Shown: positions 29,360 to 41,346 of the stretch, in pieces | How the letters are laid out: each line of letters starts with the position of its first letter | Position numbering within the stretch: the stretch's first letter is position 1 | NCBI GenBank assembly: GCA_030704615.1 | Contig: CM060733.1 | Span: 5,704,001 to 5,768,000, forward strand | Reading direction: 5' to 3' | Length of the DNA stretch: 64,000 bases | Origin: Takakia lepidozioides | Lineage: Eukaryota; Plantae; Bryophyta | The notes under the pieces: model-generated | Databases searched by the model: none | The model's input: only the letters and a program-made list of their open reading frames with translations | What the model was told of the DNA's origin: nothing | Made by a program: the position numbers and the translations under genes

Positions 29360-30630
29360 GACCCATTGAATGAATTTCGATTGACCTCGTATCAATCCGA
29401 GACCTGTGAGACGATATACTAAACATACTACCAAAGTTTCAAATCAAACAAAAATCGTTTGGATGAGCAACCATCCGTTGGCCTATTGAACGAATTTCGT
29501 TTGATCTCATATTACTCTGGAACCTATTACATGGTATATTGAACATACTGGAAACTTTCAAAACAACAACAATCATCTGCATGGGCAACCATCCGTTGGG
29601 CCACTGAATGAATTTTGATTGATCTCATATTAGTCCGGGACTTGTGAGACGGTGTACTGAACATATTGCTAAAGTTTCAAAGCAAACAAAAATCATTGAT
29701 TGGGCAACCATCCGTTGGCCCATCGAATGAATTTCGTTTGATCTCGTATAACTCTGGGACCTGTTGGACTGCGTTTCGTCTGCACATGATTTTTTTTTTA
29801 AATTCCAATCTTGATCCTTTTCTTAACGACTGCATATGCAATGTGTGTGCAAATTTTTTGGAGTGAACAAAAGTCATTTAGACCCAAAACCACATTTTCT
29901 TCCCTCATTTGCATTCCAAAGTCCATTTGTCTTCAACTTCATGCACTCTTCATAGAGAGTTCTGTAATGGTGAGCGAAGAAAACAAATTTTATTTTATTT
30001 TTTTCTCATTTTTGTTTGGTCCAAATGTTTACAAGGATGTAGTGGTGCGAGGGTTGAATTCACAGAACAAAATTCAGCCAAAAAAAAATCATTACGTAGC
30101 AGAAACCAATCATAGACATTCAAACTCTTTTTTTTTTGCTTAAAATTTATTTAATTTCGATTTAATTCAAAAATTGGTTGAAGGGTGAGAGCGTCGTTGG
30201 GGAGGGAAATGTTGAGGGATTAGGGTTTAGGATTTAGGGTGTAAAGTCTAGGGTTCACGTCACTTAATTCTGTTTGCACTTCACCACATACTGATTGATC
30301 TCGTACTTGTGGAGGACTTATCATATAATATAGAAAATCATTTGGTTGGGGAAGCATCCATTCACCTTTTTTGTCAATTTTGATTCATCCCATACTTGTC
30401 TAGGACCTGCCAGAAGGTATGCAGAACATGCTGGCAAAGTTTGAAAAGAAACAAAAATCATTTTGATGGGGAACCATTTGTTCACCATTTTAATCAATTT
30501 CAATTGATATGGCCCACCCCCGAGTGGGACAGACGAAGTGGCTCTTAGTTATGTCGGTCCATGGACCGGAGTCTTCTATCTTTTTCTCAATTTCAATTGA
30601 TCCAATACTTGTTCGTGGCCTGTTAAAAGA
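29360..30630 (-). repeat. 120-bp repeat units in reverse orientation (29360-29770 and 30290-30630)
   Basis: aaagtttcaaagcaaacaaaaatcatt..tgggcaaccatccgttgg..gaatgaattt..gatctcatatt is the reverse complement of the 27470-28530 unit. Confidence 0.88.
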
Positions 30631-30859
30631 TACTAGGGTAGCATGTGCCACAGGGATGCCTCGGCGTGAGCCTGGTCACGTGAGCGCAACTGCGCTCACG
30701 CCACGTCACCTTGCGCAAATGCCACGTCACGGGGCTCAGTCCACGTCATCACACGTGAAGGCCGCGTCACCACGCGCCCAGAAAGAAGTGGAGTGTATTC
30801 CCGCGGATTGGCACCCTTTACCGCGGAAACAAGCTGGACGACATAATAAAAGGCATTGA

Positions 30860-31210
30860 ATAAAGGATGGATGAATGTACAGTTGGATGATAAACAGATG
30901 GATGAGTGTGAAAAATGTATGTAGATGGATGAATGACGGATGGATAAGAGTAAAATGGATGAATGTATAATGGATGTTGAGCAATGACAAAAATTCATGA
31001 CAGGAAGATGCATGACCAAATCTTTTGACGAATGCACAACGTATATGAAATGAGTGTGGAAGGTTTGTGGGGTGGATTAAAGAGTACAGAGGATGAATGT
31101 ACAATGGATGTTGTACAAAGGAAGCTTTCATGAATGGAGCACGCATGAATACAGTGTAGATGAATGCACAATGGATATGAGAAGAGTCAGGGAGGTTTGT
31201 GAGATGGATT
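30860..31210 (+). repeat. Degenerate TGGATGAA simple-repeat tract
   Basis: Many ggatgaat/ggatgga units. Similar tracts at ~12800-13050 and ~52400-52440. Confidence 0.6.
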
Positions 31211-31339
31211 CATACATATAGCAATTTAAACGAAAGTTGATTCTGTGATTATTATTTGTTCTAAAGGAACAACTACGGTGGAGGAAGGGGATTCAACGTT
31301 TTCCAGATAATATGAAAATGAATATTAAAAGAATACAGT

Positions 31340-34300
31340 TCAGTCTGACTCAGAGTCAGTACAATGTATCCCCTCTTCCTCTGCATCTAAGTCTAAGTAT
31401 TTTAGAACACCGGATCCACGCTGGATACACCTACGGCTGGCCACTAAAAAGTCAGGGGATAGGGACTCGGCCGCGTGAAGTGCCATTGCTTCGGCATAAA
31501 CAGGAAGCAGAAAATTGGAAAGGGGGCTGTCGAAAACAGACTCGCCAGAAATGACTGTATCTCCTGAAGATCCACCGCTGCCTTTCCTGAAAGACAGCCT
31601 GAAAAAGTTATTACTGTAACTTTGATGTTATCGAGAAATTGAGTATGACTCCCAAAGAGGGTTTAGCACTTACTCACATGAAAAGTCGTTGTCGACCTGC
31701 TTATCTTCGGGATCGTCATCATTTCGAATTTGAATCCGATCAGTCTGTGTGCCTGAAGTGGAGCCAGACAAAAGGGGGAGGAGCACGGTGTTGTAGAGGT
31801 CAGAATCACCCTCCATGCCAAAAAGGCTTCTTCCGCCTGCCTTGCATGCGTGGTAAGTTGCTCCTGCACCAGACAGGAGAACATGAACAGTTTGGAGGGG
31901 GGATTTAAGCAGATGAAACTGTTGAAAGGAAACCAATTCGGAAGGGAAAAAACGAACCTGTGGACACAGAAAGATCGACCACCCGTGCAGAGCGGTGGCT
32001 GCATGACTCCAGCAGTATTTGCATGAATGCTGGTGACTTTTCCTTTGCACCTCTCCAGGGAGTGCCATCTGGTCTCTTCAGAGTCTGACTGGACTGCATG
32101 AAGTTGTACAAAATGTCATCGACATGGGGCTCATAGGGGGGGTTGACGAAACAACCCTGGTCAGAAATCTCAAAGCTGCGGATGGAGGATGGTGTCTTTG
32201 ATGTGCGAATCCTCCGCAGGCAGATCGCCTCGAACATCCTCGTCTGGCAAAGATAGCAGGTTAGTGTGGTAAACACAATCTATAGTGGAAGTGTGTACAT
32301 CGGCTATTCAGAACTCTGACACAAAAAAATCATGAATCGGTGATGATCGGTGTCGATCATAAAACATTCTACTAGAGTGGAGCTGCAGAGAAAATTGAAA
32401 CTCATGATCAAAGCACAAGCAGAAGGGAGACGGCATACCAGCTGACCAGGGAAACCCCCTTTCACAAGGTAGAGGCTGTTCACACAATTCCATGTGCGCA
32501 AAACTTCAAACCCTGAAGACTTGAGGTATGATGCCAATGCCCGACGACTATCATTGTCACATGACTGAAAAAGCAGAAGTGTCCCTGCATCAGAGAGGAA
32601 ATTGTTACAGAACCCGAACACCCAACTCCAGTAGTTGTCCTCGAATTTGTTCCAGCCTGGCGTCTTGCCCTTTGGAAGAACTTCTGGCACAGCCTGGCCA
32701 TCCGGGATGTCGAGAATGACAATGTCGGCCGCATAAGTTTTCTGCACACCGCACACGAAGGTGGGACCTGTGCTCACCTGCAACAGACATGTTTTTTATA
32801 AGAACGATGGCAAGATTGTTTTCAAAGAACGAGACTGAAATACTGCCAACGAAACTTTCAGAGAAAAAGGAAAGAAACTGGAATTCTCACCAGATTGAGG
32901 AATGAGATTATATTGTCCCAGGTAGGGGATGGCACCCCAGTGTATCCTCTCTTTCGACTCTGCATCATCGAAAGCCAACCCTCATTAACAATTTTCATCT
33001 CTCCTGCTGAATCAGAACGGGAAGGGTGTGGCTTGGCATCGAACACGCACTGAAGAGTGCGGGTATATCTTCCAGCAGTAAAGTCCTGCCCACTCTCCAT
33101 CTCCTTTTCATTCTCCTTCCCCTTGTCCTTTTCCTTCTCTTTGGACTTGTCTTTGTCCTTTGGCTTTGCTGGTGAGATGGCTATGACATCAACAGCCTTG
33201 TCTTTTGGTTTGCGGCCCGCCTTCTTTCCCTTCTGCGGCGTTCCCTGAGCATCAGGCTCCTTGGCAGCCAATGTTGCTATGTTTCGTTGATACTCTTCGT
33301 CAGTCAAAGGCGCCAGCATCTCAGCGTTATTGTTCAAGTATTTCATATGCTGTTCTTGAAAGGTCGTGTGCTCAGGTGGGCAGTCAAGGTACCACCCACA
33401 GTCTCTGAAGTGAGAAGGACTCCAGTCCTTCAATATCCCTGCAGTATACATGGTTGGATCGTTTGCAGGGTCCGACCACATGTCAAGATAGTCGGGAATT
33501 CCGCTCAGGTGATTTCCTTCCATAAGCACATATTTCGTGTACCTGAAAAAAGGAGATAAATCCCAACCCACAAAAGCGCTCAGTGAGTAAGATGCAAGTA
33601 GAACAGAAAGAATAAAACATAGATTGAAATGGCTCTGAGAACTGCTCCAAGGACCTTTCAGGACCACACTACTGCTCCAGATATGAATGTCGTCAACGCC
33701 ATTCAGAACATTCCATTCAATGACACTGTAAATACACCCTAATCCAGGTGAATGCAAATTATCGTTTAGAAATGACACAGACATAGAAGTGAATGTCGTC
33801 AACGACATTCACTAATGAAGCCAAATTATTACTTAAATGAAGCAAAATCACAGGATGGAAATCAAAAAATTGAGTAAGGAACCCTCCAGGCAAACTCAAT
33901 GCACATTCATAACGAACCTATCACTGAGGACCTCACAACATCACTGTATGTGAATGGCGTCAACGCCATTCACAAAAATACAAAAAAGAAACCAATTACT
34001 TAGCTCCCCAATCCATGTAAATTGAATTTGTCGCTGTTGAATAATACAGACACAGCTGTGAATGTCGTCAACGACATTCACTTTGGATTTCTTAAAACAG
34101 AGCTTATCAAGCCTCCACATTCATCGCAAGAGGCAAAAACAATGCAGAACAACTGAATGTCTGCATTGACATTCAGCAAAATGAAGTGAGGAACCCTCAC
34201 TGTAACCTCTATGGACATTACAAAAATTTAAATAACTCTGAGGACCTCTCAACAACTCCGTATGTGAATGTCGTCAACGCCATTCAAGGACATTATCAAT

Positions 34301-36976
34301 TCTAATCAGGGACAATATAATTGCACCCTTAGATCCTAACCAGGTGAATTCATATACTCGCTTAAGAATGACTCAGACAAAGAAGTGAATGTCGTCAACG
34401 ACATTCAATCTGGATCTAAGATTGCAATCCATATGAAGCCACATTTTTTCCCAAAAAAACAGTAGAGTTTCAAGTATGACATTGCACCTGTACACAACTC
34501 GCATCATGGCCCACTCTCCTCCAACCTGACTGTCAAAGTCGTTGGACCGTAAAATGTTACCATCTTTGGAGAACTCCCGGAAAAAACAGTATCTCCAGGT
34601 GAGACCTCTCCACTTCCTTATGTATGCCTCCAATGACATTTGGGGAGGGGAAACAATCGCAATGTTCAGGTCCTTCAAAGTCTGATCCAGCACAATGACG
34701 GCGCGCTTTTCGAGCTGCAAATAGTATATTTGTCAGAATTGCAAAAAAGATACACATCACATACTTGAAGAGAAGAAACAGCATGTTCGAATACACACCT
34801 GACTCCAAAATGTAGCCTTGTGGAGCCAGTTATCAAACACCAAATCACTGATTCCTTCCACCTTTGTGCCAGGCTGTATGGTGCTCTTTGGGAACTGATT
34901 CAAGTCCTTTACTGTTTGATCTGAGTTCCATATCTCCAGCCACCTTATTTTTGTTTGTGGGTCGACCATCGATATGGCCAGCCGGTGCAATTTCTCCTGC
35001 TGCATCTCCGGATGCACATGCTTGTCATAGTGTGTTTTGATCTGCTGAAGGAACTCAGGACCAAGTCCAGGATCTACTATTCTAAGCTGCTTTCCGAAGG
35101 CTGACATCAATTTGGTTCTTCGCATTTCAAACTCCTTCTTTATTGCAGCTTCCACACCCTTTGATGTCCTTAGTTCTTCTGGTGTAGTGCGGTAATATTC
35201 GGATTTTCCCTTCTCAGCTGCCTCTGCCAGTTCTTGCTGCATTCATTCAAGTAGTGATTAGCTCCGAAGGGACTACAAACATGTATTCGAAAAGTAAACA
35301 GATTACAGACTCGGGCTTACCGCATACATGTACTCCAGAAACGCCTCTCGTGTCAAAGAATACCAAGTGCCTGCAGCTCTTCCTGTTTCGCACTTCTTGA
35401 TGATATTGGGTGGTAGTACTGTCCGAAAATCATCCAGCTTCATCAGACCAATCCTCTGAATTCGGAATAGTGTGTGAACCAAGCTTGTTGTCACATGCGA
35501 TTTCTCTGTCGATCTGCAAAAACATTGGAAACATTGCATTCCTTAACACTGTTTTTTGAGGATTAACAAGACACTACAGAGGGAATGAAATCTCCTGGAT
35601 GACTTACTTGTTCACGTCGTGCATAGCTGTAAGAAGCCTAGCGATGTCGTTTCCTGGATCCAAAACCATTGCCTCCACAGCAACATGCTTGTCTTTGTCT
35701 TTCGAATGGTGTTTCTGAATGTATCCCATCCATGCCAGCAATCGGTGGTTGCCGTCCCAGACGTAGAACATGTGGTTGCAGAATTGCTGGGTGTTCTTTC
35801 CCATCATGAGGCCCAGCTCGAACTCCTCATTGGCATCTTTCCAGCACTCATCCCAGTTATCACTGATCTCTGGAGACACTAATGTGCTTTTCCCATTTAT
35901 ATCCGTCAGTGACACATAAAAAACTTGTGCACCAAGTCTATATCCATGCACAAAATCACTCTCCAATTTTGTTATGTCATGGGAAAGAGGTGGACGCACA
36001 ACAGGCATTGATATCATCCGGCACAGAGGTATGTCCAGACGCCCTCCAGATACGAGCATGTCCCTTATAACCTCCTGAGAGTTTACCTTCTGGAATGACA
36101 TGAGTTCTTTCACCTTGTCAAGGTAGTGCACTTCGGATTCATCTGCTTCATCTGTATTCTCTGAGCTTTTTGCGGACTCGTCCCCATCTCCAGATCCTTT
36201 CCCCTCTGATCCTGTAGGCTTCGACCTCACAGTTTTCTGCACGATGCCATTCAGTTCTGACTGAGTGATTTGCAAATAGTGAATGGCGGTAACGACCATC
36301 ACTCTGTATCAAGGAAACTCACCATGAATGGTGTGAAAGAATTCAGCACAATCTACACATGCAAAGCTGAGACTGCCGTATTCAAAACAAAAGCGAGAGC
36401 GATAGCGAACGGCGTTAACGACAATCACAAAAGATAACGACCTGCCGGATCGGTGTTGTGTAATGACATACATGTGCAACTGATTGGCGGCAACGACATT
36501 CAGTGTAGTTTAGGGAGAATAGTAAGTGCAGACTCTCTCTTCAAACACATAGGTACATAAATCTCATGAGGAGAATCGAATGGCGTTAACGACGCTCGCA
36601 ATTCAGTAGTTCCTGCTAAAGAAGGGAAGAGGAAGGACTCCTTGAAAGGCAATCAGACAGACTATATGATAAAACTTACTGGCACCTTCTTAGGTTTTGA
36701 AATTTGATCCCCTTCTGCAGCTTTCCTCTTCCCTCTCACATCTGCTGGAGTTTCTGTCTGCGCAAGGGTTTCTTGACCTTCTCCAGGTTCGGCGTTCCGC
36801 GTGCTTCCACCTTCTTCAGTGTCCCTGCGAATCATCTCTGCCTCCACAGGCTGGCGCACTCTTATCGCCGACTGTGTCGCAGCCGCTGCCTCAGTCTCCG
36901 TCTGCTCTTGTGAATCAGTCTCCGCGTTCACCTGCTGCCTTGGCCCTGTGTTCTCCAACAAACGACGCCTCGTCAT
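31340..36976 (-). CDS. MULE accessory protein: ParB/Srx-like domain fused to a beta-class N6-adenine/N4-cytosine DNA methyltransferase-like domain (~1177 aa)
   Basis: Phase-compatible GT-AG exons 36976-36680, 36260-35608, 35513-35321, 35236-34799, 34714-34488, 33542-32891, 32777-32439, 32243-31958, 31863-31674 and 31598-31340 give 3534 nt with no internal stop (alternative stop at 31670 if the last intron is retained). ParB motifs: VVRPP..FYVWDGNHRLLAW..HDVN. MTase motifs: ADIVILDIPDG, FLSDAGTLLLF, KEKSPAFMQILLESCS..RVVDLSVSTGATYHAC..GRSLFGMEGD. Confidence 0.82.
33684..34407. repeat. Array of seven 22-bp palindromes in intron 5 of the ParB-MTase gene
   Basis: TGAATG(T/G)CGTCAACG(A/C)CATTCA at 33684, 33790, 33951, 34059, 34265 and 34386, plus a variant at 34154. 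Confidence 0.92.
36280..36598. repeat. Four degenerate copies of the same palindrome in intron 1 of the ParB-MTase gene
   Basis: tgaatggcggtaacgaccatca (36280), cgaacggcgttaacgacaatca (36406), tgattggcggcaacgacattca (36481), cgaatggcgttaacgacgctcg (36577). Confidence 0.75.
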
Positions 36977-37830
36977 TTTCTCTCTTGCTCTGCGTCTCTC
37001 TCTAAGGGAAGTAAAATAAAGAGACTTTCTTCTCTTTCGTATTCTAGAAGGAACCCTCTCCAGCTTGACTACCACTCTCCCTCTAAGCGCGAAAAGTAGA
37101 AAAACGCAGTGACTCCCGATTTCTTGCGGGATTGCCTGCGTTCTTGCGTGTCTCTAGAAGCATCGGATTCCCTCCCGCGTGACCGTTACACATAGTCGTT
37201 TCCTTATTAGTGCACATGCCAGCAATTGGTGTACAGCTGTTCGTATTCAGTTATGGATGTCTGACGTGTGCCGCCCAAAAAAAACGGCGTGTTCTTTATT
37301 AGAACGGGTTCAATATTTAAAAAGAACAGCGAATCCCAGAAATTGATGCGCAGTCTTAAACAAATAAATATAAATGAACGAGAGTTTGATGACAAATTTT
37401 GGAATATCATACACGGTCATCCTTGTTAGCCAAACCCCACATTCGTTTCACATTTGGAACTTTCCAGGTGCGCATGATCATTGGTAGTAGTATATAGATA
37501 CATTTACTTAATCTGCAATCCCATTCTCAGATCCTGTGGCATGCTTCCAGGAAGTCGGCTTTGTTATTGGGTTTATTGATGAGGTTCTGATTAACGGTTT
37601 AACAGTTGCCGACACTGCCCCTAGGGATACTCTGACCACTGGGCCCACAAGAAAAGTAATTAAAATGGACGGCTGCATATCTGGAAAGAATAACATAATA
37701 TGCACAGTCGTTATCTGAGCTTCCTCCGCCATATTCTCTGCTCATTCTTCAACTGTGTTCTGGAGACAGCAGTAAACCGATTTACACTAGATCTGCGATA
37801 GCAAGGTACAAACATACTCGAGGAAGGAAG
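36977..37830. promoter_or_regulatory. Putative bidirectional promoter/5'UTR region between the two MULE genes
   Basis: Head-to-head ATGs at 36976 (-) and 37831 (+). A TATA-like tatatag lies at 37491. Inferred from position only. Confidence 0.45.
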
Positions 37831-40800
37831 ATGGCTTCCTCTGAAGCGGAGTTCTTCTCAGACGACAAACCAGTGCCGTTCTCCCAGGAAGTCCTTGACA
37901 ATGGATTTGCAATTGTTCTGGAACATGTCTTGGCTACCCGTTTTCAGCTGCAGAATGGCTCCATCTTTTTGGAGAAAGAGGTTTACGATCTGAAAGGGAA
38001 GTTGGTGAAATATTCTTTCCAAAACCGTGATGAGACGGCTCATATCAGCCAGTGGAGAGTGCGTCCTGGTCGATACAGAGTACTTGGAGAGCCTCGGCGA
38101 AAGTCCCTTGGGTCATATGTGACGCCCGGGACTGCTGCTTCGGTCGTTGAAGACAAGAGGGAGGTGGTGGTGAAAAAAGAACAGACTTCCTCCACTCCAA
38201 TCGTTGAGCTTTCGGATTCTTCCGATGATGACATAAGTGAAATTCCAAATCCAGTCCTTCCTACTGTGGTTGCAGAAGCTGATGAAGAAGAGATTTGTAG
38301 TGTCATTCCAAAATTGCGGGCGATGGGAGGAATGGCTGGATTCAAAAGTGAGTTGCGGGGAATTGATTGGGAATCTTTGAAGCAGGTGCCTGTGAAGTTC
38401 TTGCCGGAGACTTTTGATGGCGATATCCTATTCGAGCTGCCTCCTCCTCCGCGAGTTGGAGGTGTAACAATCATGATGCATGGAATGGACAAGAAACACG
38501 ACGGGCACCCGTGGTGCAGAACAAAAACATCCAATATTCAGAATGATGACAAGCTTGTTTTCAGGAGGACAGTTTGCAATGGACACCTTAGGTGTGATAA
38601 TTTGAATTGCAGACACTTTCTTCAGTCTGGGGTTCATAATCAAAGCGAATGGGAGGGTCTGGCGGAAAATCCATTTCAGCCTGGGACTGCCTCTCCACCG
38701 GCAAACACTTTCGTCTGCAAATTCTGCAAACTTGTGCCATCCTGTTTGGCGCTCTGCGGAGCAAGAATGTACTATGTTGTCCACCGTTTGAATACAATGA
38801 CGAGAGCTTGTGTGCATTTTGGATTCCATAACCATCCTGTCTCGAAGGGGGATTACAGGGAGAGTGTTGAGACAGTATCGAGGTTGATCAAACAGGAGTT
38901 CGGGAGAAACCCATCCGCAACAACATCTGCAATTGCTCTTGGCGCAAGCAAGTCCTTCTTGGAAAGCCATATTTTGAGTGAAGGAGATTCTGTGGGGACT
39001 AAACTTGACGGTGCAGCATTGGACTTGGTCATGGATCATTTCTCCACTTTAAGTTCACCTAACATTCGGCATCAGATCAATGCATTGAGAATGGGCTCTG
39101 GGATCAGAGGCTACATAGACAATATTTTGGAATTGAAACGAGTGAGCAAGTACGATTACATCCAGGACAATGTATTCCCAGGTCAAGGTGCCATCAAAGT
39201 TTTTCTTTTCAAAATGTCGACTGTTGGGGAGGGCAGTGGGGTTAGCCTCGTGAAGCGGATGCAGAAGACTGGGGACTTGCAGAACTGTTTTCTTATGTTT
39301 GATCATGTGAAACGAGTGAAGGATTGGACGACAATGGCTTGTCATGTCTACGATCCAGTGTACCAACGAGTTATGACAATTGCAGTTTGTGACATGCAAT
39401 CCGAGGATACGGAATCCCAGAAGCTCATGTGGAATTCCCTGATACGTGTCATGGGCTGCCATGGGCTGCCATCTCCAAATTTCGCAGGTTTCATGGCGGA
39501 TAGTGCTCAAGCAAATTTCAATGCTATTCGTGTTGTCTTCGGATCGGGCGACCCAAAAGTGCCTATGCCAGGAAGAGAGCGTACATGTCTATTCCATTGG
39601 ACACAATCTCTGGAAAAACATACAAAGTCGGACATCAAACCAGAGATGCAGACTCAGCACCGTAAATTGTGCAAAGAGTACAAAGATGCTAGAACAATGA
39701 AGGAGGCGGACACTTTGTTCCAGACAATTCGTGCCTGGTGGTTCTCTTCTGGAGCTGCATCACTTGAGAGTATGAGAGCATTGGAAGATTGGCTGGCGTT
39801 TTGGCACTTCCGGTATAGACAGTGGGGAGCAGCCATGACAATGGTACGAGGCTTCTATTTCATGCTTTATTCATACATTTGCTTTCCATATTTTTGACTC
39901 ATTGCTTTCTTTATGTTGTTTCCTGTGCACTGTTCTGAAGTGTGGTTATCCTCTTTGCAGAACATGTCCATTGAGGAAATGGCGGACATGCCATCTTGCA
40001 ATTTGGCAGAAACTGTGCACAATGCATGGTTGCAGCAGTCTGGGAAATGAGGTCGGGATTTGTATGTGGCAACAACAGATGATTTGATACGTGCCTTGCA
40101 ACAACAAACCCGATACCGTGATTTCTTACGAGGTGGGGTTGGTGGCAAGGGTCCGGACAAATGGGAGTTGATGTTGCGTGCTGCAAACAGATCTGGGGAT
40201 CCAATCAAGATAGCACGGGCGGTGAGCATGTATGCCCAGGGAACGCCACTTGTTTCTAGAGTTCCACATCTTGAAGGGGAGGAGAGATTCGGCTCCTGTA
40301 AGAGGAAATTGAACACTCCACCTGGTTCGGATTCAGATTCCCACAGGGCAGACCGTGATAACTTCTCGAAGCCTCGTGTTCCCCTGCATGACAGCTCCAT
40401 GTCCGGAACCTCCATTGTGGAGGAACCTCCAACACGACGGCAAGCTCCAGCATCAAACCGTGCCACTGAAATGGTGCAGGAGAGAAACAACCCCCTTGAT
40501 GTGCTTGAGTCCGCATGCCCCGACCACGTTTGGCACATAGAACGCACAAGTGTCGGGTCTCGTGTGAAATGTACAGCGATCAGGGCAACTAATTTCGAGA
40601 AGTGCACTTCATCTATATCCAAAGGTGGTGCCCGAACTCCTGCTCCGACTTTCACGGGCTTGATGCGTCCATACGGTCAACCAGAAGCCAAGAACCACAA
40701 GTTCTGGTTCTGCGCAGATGATTGTGCCAGATGTGTGCATGGAACTGTGCGTCCTTCCGTAGTGATGAAGCCATCTCCTCCAACCGTTTGGCCCGTGAAG

Positions 40801-41346
40801 GTGGGAACACATCTCAGCTTTCAGGAGATTGAAATGCTGGAGGAGGCAGGTTTTTCCCTTGCGAGACAACCCCAACTCCATGCATGTGCTACTACTTCTG
40901 CGTCCTCCCGGGTCCCCCCGGCAAATCCTGACTTGTGGCCAACCAAACGAGATGGAAAGCTCGTTCGGCGTTTCCCTCCAACCGCTGAACACTTTGGCAA
41001 AGTGGAGTCCGCAAGAATGCTCCAAGCTCGTGTCGGAAGCACCACGGAAGTACCCGATCCAGGATATGGTCGGGTATTCACAATCATCACTTCCACATCT
41101 GCTGTTCATGACAGGACCTACGACATCACGGTTTCCAATTTCCCCAATTGCACATGTCCTGATTTTGTGAATATGCTATCAACCAGTTTGGGCAAGAGAG
41201 GTAAATTCATACCCTGCAAACATTTGTATTTCATATTTTTGAGGAGGATGGTTTGCGATCCCAAACGTGACAACTTCATTCACCAGGCCATTATGAGTTT
41301 CAATGAGGTCGATACTCTTTTGCAGCGGGATACAACACATGGGTAG
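37831..41346 (+). CDS. MULE-type transposase (GCM-like Zn DNA-binding domain, DDE core, SWIM finger), ~1132 codons, one premature stop
   Basis: Exon 1 37831-39843, intron 39844-39960 (GT..AG), exon 2 39961-41346. Motifs: DGHPW..CNGHLRC..C..CKFC..C..FGFHNHP; LMFDHVK; FMADSAQAN; CLFHW; CNLAETVHNAW; CTCPDF..CKHL. In-frame TGA at 40048-40050. Confidence 0.88.

Noticed and set aside
30221-30256. Telomere-like TTTAGGG tract
   Set aside because: Only 3-4 degenerate units, too short to call an interstitial telomere.
32858-33808. 316-aa ORF as a standalone gene
   Set aside because: Its first ~88 codons run through the palindrome-bearing intron. The coding part starts at acceptor 33542.
33684-34407. 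CRISPR interpretation of the 22-bp palindromes
   Set aside because: Spacers are ~75-140 bp, uneven and partly homologous to each other (higher-order repeat), and the array is intronic.
31340-36976. Bacterial or phage contaminant ParB-MTase operon
   Set aside because: The frame needs nine phase-compatible GT-AG introns and lies inside a TSD-flanked element embedded in plant repeats.
38040-41109. Long minus-strand ORFs (38428-39039, 39867-40655, 40609-41109)
   Set aside because: Antisense shadows of the transposase with no motifs.
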